DNA of 61,365 nucleotides, the filler included, from Rhabdomonas costata (Eukaryota): NCBI GenBank assembly GCA_019059605.1. It is 22 parts of 22 records of this genome, joined end to end, with 100 filler letters (N's around TTAATTAATTAA, not from the genome) between each part and the next. Parts side by side here need not be neighbours in the genome. Positions count along the whole stretch, not along the records: positions 36,336 to 39,029 come from JAHMHO010002336.1; positions 39,130 to 41,823 come from JAHMHO010002337.1; positions 41,924 to 44,614 come from JAHMHO010002338.1; positions 44,715 to 47,408 come from JAHMHO010002339.1; positions 47,509 to 50,202 come from JAHMHO010002340.1; 17 more parts are not named here. One strand, given 5' to 3'. Of this stretch, positions 36,871 through 48,548 are shown piece after piece. The first letter of the stretch is position 1; every line of letters starts with the position of its first letter. Both the position numbers and the translations under genes were made by a program. The notes under the pieces were generated by a model. That model was not told the DNA's origin. It saw only the letters and a program-made list of their open reading frames with translations, and did not search any database.

Positions 36871-38964
36871 CTACCTCCAGTACACCGACAGAGGTGAGGC
36901 AGCGTCGGGCTGGTTTTGTGGGAGGCACTGAAGTTGGACCACCTTCTCCCACACCCGAACAAATGCGTTGTCGAAATTGGCCTTCATCCACCGCGGCGAC
37001 CCCAGCAGCACGAAGAACTTCCTGTGACGGGTGCATGCCCCCTTGACCCGCTCCGCGGTCCACCACTGGGACCCCTGGGGCTTCCCCCGCTCGTCCAGCG
37101 CGGTGCGTGTGGAGGAGAGGATCACAATGTCTGCCTCCAGAGAGTTTACGGCGTCAACAATGACAATTTCAACGCTTTTGAAGGAGCGCAAAAGAAAAAG
37201 GTAGGGCGCGTTGCTTACACTAATCAGGTGCTTGAAGTAGCAGATGTCCCCTTCGTAGGCCGACGAGAGAAGAACACTGAACTGGCTTGCGTCGGCCCCC
37301 TTACAGTTGAGATGGTCCAAGGTGCGAACCAATACCTGGACCCCTTGTTCACACATCGCTGGGTTGTGCCGAGTTTGAGGAATGGGGCGGAACTTCCTCA
37401 GCAGCTCAAACGGGAGCCGACTGCTCGGTTGATCCACTGCGTGAAACAGAACCGGGGGGAGCTCTGGGGTTTCCGTTGCTGCCGCTTCATCGGTGCCCTC
37501 TGCCGGAGTTGCAGCGTTCTCAAAGATGGAAGCCAGCTCCACGTGCGCAGGGTTGCTCTGGCGGTACAGCCTGCAAAAAATCCACACGTTGCGAAAGGCT
37601 ACGCCTGGTCCGGCTTGGACACGGCGGACATGGCCCTTTTTCTGAGACCTCTCGGCCCGCCCATTGGTGATGAAGCTGCGCTGCATCGGGTCCCCCGCGC
37701 AGACGTGCACAAACGGGACCGTAGGCAGGGCAAATTGCTTCGCCTTGGACAGCGTAGCGAGCATCAAAACGTCTGGCACACTCTGGCCTTCGTCCATGAC
37801 AACCGTAATTAGGGGTAGGGTGTCCGGCCACCTAACTCCTAAGAACTTGTCCACTGTCATGGCTACCATCCGGCTGGTCACCCTGTCTGTGGTCGTGACA
37901 TACTCGAAGGAACTGTGCAGTCGTCGCCGCAGCTGCTGCTCGTAAGCTCTGGAGCTCAGGCGGTCCACCTCCATGTTCCGGTTCTGGACTACCACAAACC
38001 GATCCAAGGGGGCGTTGCTCTGAGTGAGGTAGAGCTGCACCCCGCGGGAGTACTGGTGATTCCGAAGCTGCAGCGCGGCGCTAATGACCGCGGTCTTTCC
38101 TACCCCTGCAGTGCCAATAATAGTGATCGGTCGGTTCTCCACCACAATTGCCCGCAATGCATTAAGCTGCTGCTCATCAAACTGAGCAATAGATGGGTAC
38201 TGCTCCTGCAGCTCTCCCACACACAGATGCCGAAACATCGCAAGGTCCTGCAGGCAGTTATCGCGGGGCACCAGCTCATTATCTGCACCCTCAGGTATTG
38301 GTTGAGGGTTTATGACATGCGCAAACTCCCAATGTATTCTGGCAGTACAGTTTGGATCCCGTAGGAACTTAAGAACCTCCAGGATACACAAACTCACAGG
38401 ATACAGCACTGCCTCGGCACAAAGAGCCTCAGTCGGGTTCACCCCATTGCATCCAAGGTCGATCACTTCCCAGTTGGGGCGGTTCCCACTCGTTCCGTTC
38501 CCACTCGGCGGCAAAACGATCCCAAACCACTGCTGCAAGTCCCTGCTTTCACTACGCATGTACGCAAAAGAAGCGACGTAACCGGCATCGTTGCAGGGCT
38601 TCCAATTCTCGTACGCACGTATCGCCTCAGGGTGCCAGTGCTCCCTTCCGCATGCACTGCCGTCACACCTCGGGTGGAGGTCACAGGTATCATCGCCCAA
38701 AACTTCGCTCAACCACGCCAGGCAACACCGCGCAGGAAAGCGGAAGTACTTGCAGTCCATCCCATCAGTGCAGCCGCCCAACACCTGTTCGTGGCAAATG
38801 TGGCGGGATGGATCTGTGCGAGTGCACCACTCCTCAAATTCGGTGAAGACGCCAAGCCTCCACCCCTCACCGAAGTGAAACCTTCCAATTTTTGGGCTCA
38901 TGCAGCGAACCTGGAAACGGGTAGGGACTCCAAAAACATCACGCTCAGCTTCCGAAGGGTCCAT
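36871..38964 (-). CDS. Divergent Upf1/DNA2/NAM7-like SF1 helicase with Cys/His-rich N-terminus, intronless, 697 aa
   Basis: Q motif (FDEQQLNAL), Walker A (IIGTAGVGKT), Ia (TQSNAPLD), Walker B (VVMDEGQ), III (GDPMQ), IV (LYRQ), V (VDAVNSLEADIVILS) and VI (RVKGACTRHRK), all in the expected order. Confidence 0.85.
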   Translation of the reverse strand: MDPSEAERDVFGVPTRFQVRCMSPKIGRFHFGEGWRLGVFTEFEEWCTRTDPSRHICHEQVLGGCTDGMDCKYFRFPARCCLAWLSEVLGDDTCDLHPRCDGSACGREHWHPEAIRAYENWKPCNDAGYVASFAYMRSESRDLQQWFGIVLPPSGNGTSGNRPNWEVIDLGCNGVNPTEALCAEAVLYPVSLCILEVLKFLRDPNCTARIHWEFAHVINPQPIPEGADNELVPRDNCLQDLAMFRHLCVGELQEQYPSIAQFDEQQLNALRAIVVENRPITIIGTAGVGKTAVISAALQLRNHQYSRGVQLYLTQSNAPLDRFVVVQNRNMEVDRLSSRAYEQQLRRRLHSSFEYVTTTDRVTSRMVAMTVDKFLGVRWPDTLPLITVVMDEGQSVPDVLMLATLSKAKQFALPTVPFVHVCAGDPMQRSFITNGRAERSQKKGHVRRVQAGPGVAFRNVWIFCRLYRQSNPAHVELASIFENAATPAEGTDEAAATETPELPPVLFHAVDQPSSRLPFELLRKFRPIPQTRHNPAMCEQGVQVLVRTLDHLNCKGADASQFSVLLSSAYEGDICYFKHLISVSNAPYLFLLRSFKSVEIVIVDAVNSLEADIVILSSTRTALDERGKPQGSQWWTAERVKGACTRHRKFFVLLGSPRWMKANFDNAFVRVWEKVVQLQCLPQNQPDAASPLSVYWR

Positions 38965-39357
38965 CGGAGGACACTTGCACGCAACCGCGCTAGAGGCGAG
39001 GTAATGAAGAGAGGCAGGAAGGGCACACCNNNNNNNNNNNNNNNNNNNNNNNNNNNNNNNNNNNNNNNNNNNNTTAATTAATTAANNNNNNNNNNNNNNN
39101 NNNNNNNNNNNNNNNNNNNNNNNNNNNNNGTTTTGTTGTCGCTTCCTTGTTTTTCACCTCTACTTAAATAGGTTTGTACTTTGTCCCAGCAAATTCTAAA
39201 ATTGCATTTTCGTTGTGTAAACGCACCACCGATCAATAAAAATAGGGTATCCAAAACAGCGATACAAGAATCAGTGATTCTCTTTGGTTTTGAATTATGC
39301 CTTATGAGTTCCAACCGTTTCCTTTTCATTTCTAAGGCTAAACTTTCGTGTATTTTC

Positions 39358-39431
39358 TGCCCAGAGCAGGGTTTGAACCACGTGAACTATGCAACCATAA
39401 GCGATTTTAATAACCACTGCGCCACGCTAGA
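39358..39431 (-). pseudogene. Degenerate tRNA-like sequence (tRNA pseudogene or SINE head)
   Basis: The minus strand has an A-box (TGGCGCAGTGG) and a B-box (GGTTCAAACCC) at tRNA spacing. The acceptor and T stems are imperfect and there is no clean D or anticodon arm. Confidence 0.5.
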
Positions 39432-41923
39432 GCCTTTAGTAAATAAAATGGGGTCTCCCAACATAACCATTACATCAATGTAACCACATTTTTCTTGTCT
39501 AAATGTTTTTAAAATATCGCGGTGGACACTTTTATTTGGCGAACTCAAAAAGTAGGATTGTGAGCGATCTAGTGCACACAAAAACAAGTTTCTCCAATGT
39601 AAAACTCCTGAAAACAAAACTTCAGACCAAAAAGTGCTATAACTGGTTTTGAAAAGAGACTCAAATTAAGACAAGGACAAAATTTATGTGCTTGCGGACA
39701 CCAACGAGCTCGGATGACAATGTTCTTGGGGGTATGCTTTTCAGAAAAAAAAAAGAGTGGTCACCGCATCTTTGTATCTAAATGTAGATTTTTCTCCACC
39801 TAAAAACATTCAATCAGGAAGTGTCTCATTTTTACAAAAAGGCACACGAAACGAGAGTCTCATAAGTTTGCCAAATAAAAGTGTCCACCGCGGTATGTGC
39901 CATTTGTAAATACACTGGTACACTTGCACACAAATATGGTGGAATTCACAATGCAGAATGACGCTAGAGAAAAATAAACTGTATAAAATGTGATCTAGCA
40001 TATATTCTGTTGATAAAATGTTGTAATGGTTCAACGGTAAACACTTAGCATGCGTTGGACACTATTAATACTTCATGATTATACATCACTTTGCCACAAC
40101 TCACCATAAGAAGTAATGAAGTGTGTATACGAAGTAATGAGGGTTTTGGTGTATTTGGATAACTTTAGTCAATGTGATGAATGTATGAAAGTAAACGTTT
40201 TGGTTTTTGAGCAAATTTGTGTTTTTGGTCCGAGATTTTAAGCTCTCAGCAAATTAGTTGGCCACTGCAGATGTGCAATTTGGATCCAGATGTTTACTGC
40301 CAAAAATGTTGTAACATAATTTGTATCTCTTTTTATGTTATCAGCGGAATCTAAACTCTATAATTAACTTTGCTTAAACTTAGACTCATAAACATAAAGT
40401 TTCATTGCAATGTTGTTCTTGCCCACTTTTCGCTAATTTACGACATCAGGAGGAATTAACACCATTTGGTGAATGCATTACCAACGCATGAGGCATCATC
40501 ACACATTCCTACTGCTGTTAGATTTTGTCACAAGACACAAAAACAACAGAACCAGATCAAAATATCCTACACAACAACACATCACAAGACGTCATTAAAA
40601 CAAGACACAGCAATGCCCACATAACAAAAAGCATCGCACAAAATTACCACAATACCACATACATATAAAACAAACATACAACAAAGAATAAGACACGCAA
40701 AAATCCCTACAGCGCTGGATACGAACGACAATACGACTAAGAAGAGCAACAACTAAAGCTAATACATTTCCTAAATAAACACCCATAAACCAACTCCAAA
40801 ATTTCCAGAAAAAACACACCGCGGAATCTCGTAACCGAAGCATTTAAGCGCACCCGTGTCCAGCGCGAATTTAAAATGAGCTCTAAAATTGGGTGTGCTA
40901 AGCATTATTGGCATAAAACATAGGCTCTTCATGCATTCCGGTTAAGGTTGAAAAAGTACATCACGGGCACGCCAAATTGTTTGCGCAAAAATATCATTAA
41001 AGCAAAAAGAGGCGCCGCTTTAATTCAACATCAATGAATGGCACCATTTTATTGAGAGATCGAAGAAAGCCAGCACGCTTACTTGTCCAGGACGCAAATG
41101 ATAGATGTGCTCGTTTTTGATACTTGAAATAGATCATATGGGTGGAGGGCAAAAAAGACAAGATCAAGCGACACGGACATGCAAATCATTAAAAACAAGG
41201 CAAGAACAACGGCAAAGCCCATGACAACGTCGACAATCTGCACAACAACCACACCAAACTCCTACACACAAAGCCGGCCACTTCCCAAAGCACTACCAAC
41301 ACCCCGCGAAAACTAATCAAACCATACAATCCACTTTTGAACGCACACAGGAGAATTTAACACGGCATCCAGAAAACAACGACACAACGCAGGACAAACA
41401 GCACAAAATTGCACCTACCTTTGACAACATCCACATAGACAACAACACACAATACACCTACGCCGCACAACCAATGCAAGCAATGGATGAAACTGCTCTC
41501 CCGGCGGGAAAAAAGGGCCGGAACAAGAAATTCCGGCACAAGGCGCCTTCGGTGTATGGTTTGGCGCAGGGCAGGCGTTTTGATTTCGTCAAAAACCAAT
41601 TCTTTTAACTTTGATTGGTAACCTTTCGTTATATTACCCCGATCCCAAATCCAAAACGTCGGCCGTGTACCCGTCAATGGTACGATACCTTGACCTTTGC
41701 AGAACATCTTTCTGTTGAAAAGGGTATGGGCGCAAAAACAGGGGAAATGGACCCACAGTAAATACACCTTAATAACACACCGGCTGTTGACGCCTACATA
41801 AACCGGGTCTCTCCCCACACCCCNNNNNNNNNNNNNNNNNNNNNNNNNNNNNNNNNNNNNNNNNNNNTTAATTAATTAANNNNNNNNNNNNNNNNNNNNN
41901 NNNNNNNNNNNNNNNNNNNNNNN

Positions 41924-44217
41924 GCTCGCATCGTGAGTTGGCGGAAGAACCGCCCCAGGCCAGGGAACCCCGCGTCCTTCCACATGAAGCACAGCGCGTT
42001 CTCCACGTTGAAGTACAGCTGGAGACAACGGGAACAAACGGATATCAAATTGCACCACCACAAGGGACTTCAACCTTCAGCCTTCGACCTTCCACCACAC
42101 GGTGACAGTGCGTCCCATGAATGCCTTTATGGGGTCTTTTTACGTGACCTTTATGGGATCAGAGAGCGACGCTCGCTGTGTTGGCGGATTTGTAGCCAAG
42201 CTGCATTTGAGAACGGCAGTAAGGGAATAAAGTCAGAAAATACCCTAAAATGGATGTTGTGGGGACAAAGCGAACGATGCAGAAACCATTCATCGTTCTC
42301 CTCAACCATTAATTAGGAAGGTTCTTTTCATACGACAAAAGTACGGGCACCAAAATTCGACATAAAATCCGACAGTTTCAGTTTTTGAGCTGACCTTCGG
42401 ACTGACACCAAACACTCTTCGGGATGGTCTCTATGGGATCTCACAGTCCCAGTGTTCAGAGTCCAACACCTCTCCCTCCCTCTCCCTCCCTCTCTCCAAA
42501 AATACCGGAAAACTACCCAATAAGCATCCCCTGAGCATCCCCTTTCCCTACTCACACAGATGCGGATGCTAGCAGTCCCACCACGGCGCCCGCAGAATCC
42601 CAAGCTAGGACATCTTTCTATATACGGCGGGGCATTGCCTAACCCAGGCCATCTCAAAAGAGGGGAAACATGGGAAACAGAAAGTAAGGGGTGCGGGCAC
42701 GGGTGGTATGATTAAAAGCCCGATTGCCTGTACACTCATCAAAGCACACGCAAAGGCAAACACAGGCACACAGGCAGGGACAACACCGGTGTAGCGACGA
42801 ACATCATCGTCGCGACTTTGGACGCGACCGTGGCGAGATCGGCTCCTTCCCCGAAGACCACGGCTTGCAAGTGGTAGAACAGCGCGAACTGTGCCCAAAT
42901 TAAAGGAAACCAGTCCCCAGTCCTCAACATTCAACAAAACCCACGTCTCCCTCCCTCGAGAAGCTCCTCTTCTTCCTGCTCCACGCGAGCACCGCTATGT
43001 CAATCTCCTCTTCCCCTTCTCTGTTTCGGCCCCCCACTCCCCTTACTGTATAATTTTTCACGACGTGCTTTTGCTTCTGTGCATGTACCCTTTGCTCTTT
43101 TTAGCTCTCGGTCTTCATGCTGTCTTTTTCTGAACCTTTGCTCACCTGCGTAACATTGTTGGTTGTGGTTGTCTTTCACCCCGACAATGAACACTCTGTC
43201 ACAATGCCATGGCCCACCCAAAACAAAAACACCTGACCCACGATGAAATTCCCAAAATCTTCGATACGATCGATCATACATAAAGTTCTGTTGTCGAGCC
43301 ACGTTCTGACCGACACCATGAACCCACCCACCAGCATCCTGCCTCATCCTCGATTGCGAAATTCACCGTGAGCATTCACACACATGCACCTCAAAGCCCT
43401 TCCAGGCCCAGAATACCACCGCAAAGACCCCTTCCTTCACCCCACCCCAGAGGCCTCCAGGAACCCTTCGCATCACCAGCAGAACAGCAAATGGGATCGC
43501 GCCCCCAAAGAGGGACGTGCCCATTATCGAGAACGCAATCCCGAGCTGAGTGCCAAGATCTGTGATGAAGTCAAAGGCAGCTCGGCTGGCGGGCACCAGG
43601 AAGTACAGCAGCACCACCACAAAAGCGATGGCCTGTGCAAACATATCCAGGCACACACACTTCAGAGGAGGGGGGTGCATAAGTACCTGCATAGCGCACA
43701 AGTACAGGTACAGAGCATGCATCTTTCAATAGAGTCTAAAAAAAAGTCTACACGCCCCCCACCCCGGAAGCTGATCTTCTTGCTGACACCGTGAGTGATT
43801 TTACGAGAAAAGTTTCACAGCAGAGCAGCGCAGTATGAGGTTTTGCTGACAACCTAATGTTGACAAACGAAGCGATACAAGACATTGTAGCCTCCAAGGA
43901 TCAAACTCACCACCCTCCCCTTCCACACCCCGCCGCATCACCAAAATTCTGCCCTGAGCATCCATCCTGCTATCCTGAGGTCCTGCTGAAGGTGAAATGT
44001 TAATCCTTGCCCCTTGCTTGAACGCTTCCGCTAGCAAAATAAAACGCGAACATACATACATACACATAAACAGAGACACGCGCAAGCAGACAGGCACCTG
44101 CACGAACAGCGCGGGAAGAAAGTTTGCCCGCACCGCCTTCACGTTGGCCGCCCAGACCTGCCGCCAGAACGGCCCACTATCATCGCAGCAGCTCAAGGAG
44201 CACTTGAAGCAAGACAT
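41924..44217 (-). CDS. Multi-pass membrane protein resembling bacterial-type Mpv17/PMP22-like proteins, 5' exons
   Basis: Exons 44217-44098, 43632-43390, 42888-42787 and 42018 to the contig edge splice in frame at GT-AG sites: AVRANFLPALFVQAIAFVVVLLYF...TSLFGGAIPF...FWAWKGFEFALFYHLQAVVFGEG...KV...FMWKDAGF. Confidence 0.7.
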
Positions 44218-44753
44218 AAGGATAAATTCACGGAGAAGGATAGCGCTCCGGGAAAAACGGTGAAAACCAGGGGGGGAGTGTTCAACACAGCCTCAGAGCG
44301 AAAAAAAACGTGTGAGGGTGTGTGGAGCAAAAAAAAACACTTCAAAGCCCCTGGAACTGCGACCAAAAAGAGCACCCGGTTAGCAGAGGGGAAATCGGGC
44401 TCGGAACTCAGAGGACCGGGGGGACCTGACATTGATATATTAAATAGTTTTGCTCTAATGTGCTCTATTTGGCTTCATCGTTCTCGTTCACTCCTCTCTC
44501 CCCAAGAAGGACATAGAAGAGTTGGGATACCATCTCCAAATCGTGCAGAAAAACACATTGGTCCAGAACCCCCCCCCCCCGATGCAGGCAGGGGTCGGCA
44601 AGTTACCACCCACANNNNNNNNNNNNNNNNNNNNNNNNNNNNNNNNNNNNNNNNNNNNTTAATTAATTAANNNNNNNNNNNNNNNNNNNNNNNNNNNNNN
44701 NNNNNNNNNNNNNNGTGGGTGGTGGGAGAACGGAAAGTGGACTGTCGCTGCAG

Positions 44754-46088
44754 GGGTCCGTTGTGCGCATCGGGATTGCCTCGTCTTTGGCGCGGTATGG
44801 GTACATGGGCAGCGAGCGGCTGCGGATGTTTGTGGTGGTGGGGGAAGCCGTGGGTCAGGCTGTGCTCCTGCAGAGGCTGGCCTGCCGGGTGCTTGGGGTG
44901 GCCATCCTGGTCACCGAGAGTGTGGCCCGACAGGTTTGTGACTTCTTTCGCTTTGGATGGCTAATCCTTTTCCTATGACTGCTGGTGTTCGGGGCGGGAA
45001 AGCGTTTGAAATGGAGAAGTGCTCAAAAAGCATTTCGCCTAGCACGCCAGAGCTAGAAATTGATTCGATGCGTGAGGTGTTTGAGGTGCCGGCTTCTGCA
45101 ACCACTGGCTCAGGCTTCCGCCTGATCCGGTCCTTTCCGATCCTAATTCCATTCCGAGCCTAATACGCGGTCATATACAGTCTCATGATTCGGCTGGTAC
45201 CCAAAAAATAGATGGAAATTCCCGGCGTGTTGCTGGGCTTTCATGGATGAGTGGGATTGGGTTCTCGGCGGATGCCTGCGCTGCCTCACGACAGGAGCTA
45301 ACAACTCAGGCTGTGCTGGCCTGTGACGAGGCAGGACCTTCTTTTTACAGTATAAAGAATCGGGTTTGGAAACGAGGGACTCGCCTCCTTAGGTGGAGAT
45401 TCATTTTACCCTGGCCCCTGCTGCCGTGGTGATGGTTTCCGGGGTGTGCATCGAGTGCTATGAGCCTCTGCGCGAAGGTCGCGATGATGCTGGACCTACT
45501 GACGAGTGGATGTATGTGTTAGTGGGTCTTTGCAACCCGGCGTTTGCGCCCCAATTTTCTTTCTCGCGACTCCTGACTCAAACCGCATGATGCAGGATCT
45601 CGGTAGCTGGCATGTTGTTTGGCCTTTGAATGGCATTCGGCATTAGTCTGAGGAAGTAAAGGTTTTTAGTAATTGCCTATTCGTTTATGAACAGTTTCTT
45701 TGTGGTTTGGCACTTCACTGATTACAAATGGGGGTGATTGAGTGTGCCTGAATATCCAGCAAGGGTTTTTCAGGCGCTTGGAGTTTCATGGTTCATTGTA
45801 TTCTGCGAACCTCACGGTGATAGGTACGAGCTCCAACAGAAGGCGTCCCCCGCTGCAGCGCTTCGGCGGCTGTTTGACGCCTACCGTGACACTGCAAAGC
45901 AGGGCGTTGCTCTCGCCCCGGAGGCACTGCTGCTTGTCGGGGACAGCTTTGGACCCGACGCGTTGGCCGGAGACTCGAGCAGCCCCCCTGATAGCGAGGG
46001 AGGGGCTCCCGGGGACTTTCTTCTGCAGCGGCTCACTGCAATTGTGCGGGCACACCCCCTGGGCATTTGCGCCCCGTGCTGGCTTTGA
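44754..46088 (+). CDS. Degenerate class III nucleotide cyclase-like protein, last exons
   Basis: Exons 44754-44933, 45393-45511 and 45824-46088 splice in frame: VRIGIASS..YGYMGSERLRMFVVVGEAVGQA..LQ......ILVTESVARQV...DEWMYELQ. Confidence 0.75.
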
Positions 46089-48548
46089 CACAATCTCGGC
46101 TGACCGCAACTCCTCAACCGCTTGCCTGGGTTGATCTAGATCGTGCTCGGTGCTACTTGTTGATGCTGCAGCCCGGCGTTCCGCCCGGATGCCATTTCCA
46201 TCCTCTTTCCGTGGCTGGTCATTGGGCCGAAGGAGAGGATAGCCTTCCTTTATTTTTTGTTCACGGTGGTCTTCTCTTCAAGCAAGCAAAATGCTCATGA
46301 AAGACTCTTGTACCGCCTGTATTGAAGAGTTACTTGTTTAGTTGCTTCTGTGTGCCACACTGTGACGCTGTGATGGTTTCTGTGGCGAGCAGCCTGGCAA
46401 GCTCGTTTGCCTGTGGTTTTTTTCTCGCCCGCTGGGGCTGGGTTGAGCATCCGTCTTATTTAACCTCCTTCGCCTTTTGATAGAGCTCACACACAGTATT
46501 ACAAAACACACTGGGTTGATTTGTCTGTACCCCTTTTTATTTTTCTTCTCCTTCAATTTCATCATATGCCCCATGACGGCATGCCACAGCAACCACCACT
46601 TAGCGGCATTGACACAACATCTCACACTGGGCCAAAAAGGCTATTACCCCTATGACTAAGTGTGACAGAATGCCAACCACCACCAGGCAGCAGTCAACGC
46701 TATGAAACAACACCACACAGTGGGCTTATGAGGCTATGCACCTATGCCACCAATGTGTGCCAAGGCAGACGACAACACGACACCGCCACCACTGGGCGTA
46801 CAAGGCCTTATACGAACTATGCCATCAGAGATGACACCATGTCATAGGTGACCACCACCTTTTAGGTTGGCTTCGCAGCACACAGTCGCATTGCACTACA
46901 ACATACAATATGCCATAACACACTAATACTAGAAAACATACTATAAAACACGAACAACATACTATAACACACGAACGTATATAACTACTATAGCCCCTAC
47001 GTTGGCTGCAAACACATATATGCTATGGTGACTTGGTCATATAGCAGCGGCATACCACCCTGCTATGACTATGTGGCTCATACGCTGCCAGGCCAGTTTT
47101 GGTTTTACCATACCACGCGCTACCCTGGTGGGTGTGGAACCAAAACTTAACCAATGGCTACACGTGGGATTCTGGATGGTGGCGCATACGTCTCGCGGCC
47201 GACTACCGTCAATTCTTATCCCCCCACTCATAATTTCGTAGATGAGGTCATACCACCTTGGACAACCTGTGACGTGATGACATTACTCGCCTCACCCTAC
47301 CCTGGTGTGCATCTTATTTAGTGACATGGATTGAGCTACTACTTCGAGCTACAGCCATAACCTTCCAGCGCGTCCAACTTCACAGCTATGATCCACACGC
47401 TTCACCGGNNNNNNNNNNNNNNNNNNNNNNNNNNNNNNNNNNNNNNNNNNNNTTAATTAATTAANNNNNNNNNNNNNNNNNNNNNNNNNNNNNNNNNNNN
47501 NNNNNNNNGGGGGTGGGTGTAATTCATATTGGGATAAGCATACACCCTCGTTTCGTTACGGGACCCCTTAGCGCGGCGCGCGGCGCGCAGCGCCCTTACT
47601 TGTCGCATTTTTGGTCTCCGCATTTTTCTAAAGTCCAGACCACTGCTCAACGCGTGGGGAGTAGAACCCTGGGGGACAGTTTTAATAGAATTGCCTGCTC
47701 TGGTTCCTGGCTGGTTGGAAATGGTGTCAACGACAGACATAGGGTATCTGCCGAAAAGCGGCCCAAGTTCCAAGTTTTGTTAATGGCGCTGGATGGCGGT
47801 TGCTGCAGATACCCTAAGGGAGCTGGGGCGGTGGTGTCGAACGGCCATCCCGAGTTTGAGATGTAGAAAGTGCGGCTCCCCCTCTTTACCGTGGTGATAT
47901 AGGTATAGCACGTTACACCGTAAACTCAGAACACGTGCTTTTCAGCCTCAGTAGCATGAAAACATTTAGAACATATATCGTATGCATCCATACCAGCCGA
48001 GCGGCATTTTATAGCGTTCCCAGGACTTCAATTGGAAACTCGTAACATACTAAATTCTGAGTTTCGGGATGTAACTTACCTTATATTTGCAGCATTATAA
48101 AAATTCCCAAAGTTACAAAAATGTTGCAGTGACCAATAATTCCCTCGTTTTTTAAAAGCATCGCAAAAAAATAACATGACCCAATGACAGGCACAAGAGT
48201 TCGTGAAGCATCTGGGAATCAGCACCAAAAGCAAACAAGTTACATGAAGGGACTGCTGTAGCAGCGGGGCGGGTTCGTCGGGCCCAAGGGGAGGAAGGTA
48301 TCCCAATACCAGCCACTTGCGGAGGGTCTCCGAGGATGGGTGGAGATCGAAAAAATGATTATACTCAGTAATGCAGTAATGCGTCAGCATTTTTTATAGC
48401 GTTGCTGTAAAAAAAGGGCTAAAATGGGCCAAGTTATTCTTTGCATGGTACCTGACTTGAATGTGGGCCGTGCAACAAAGTTGGCCTCCAATAGCTGCAA
48501 AACGGACATGGCCTCACTCTTCCACTGCAGTTTTCAATGGTGATTTGA

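Noticed and set aside
5598-38964. Defence-island interpretation linking the STAND-WD40, EndoV and helicase genes
   Set aside because: They lie on separate, unlinked contigs, so their adjacency is artificial.
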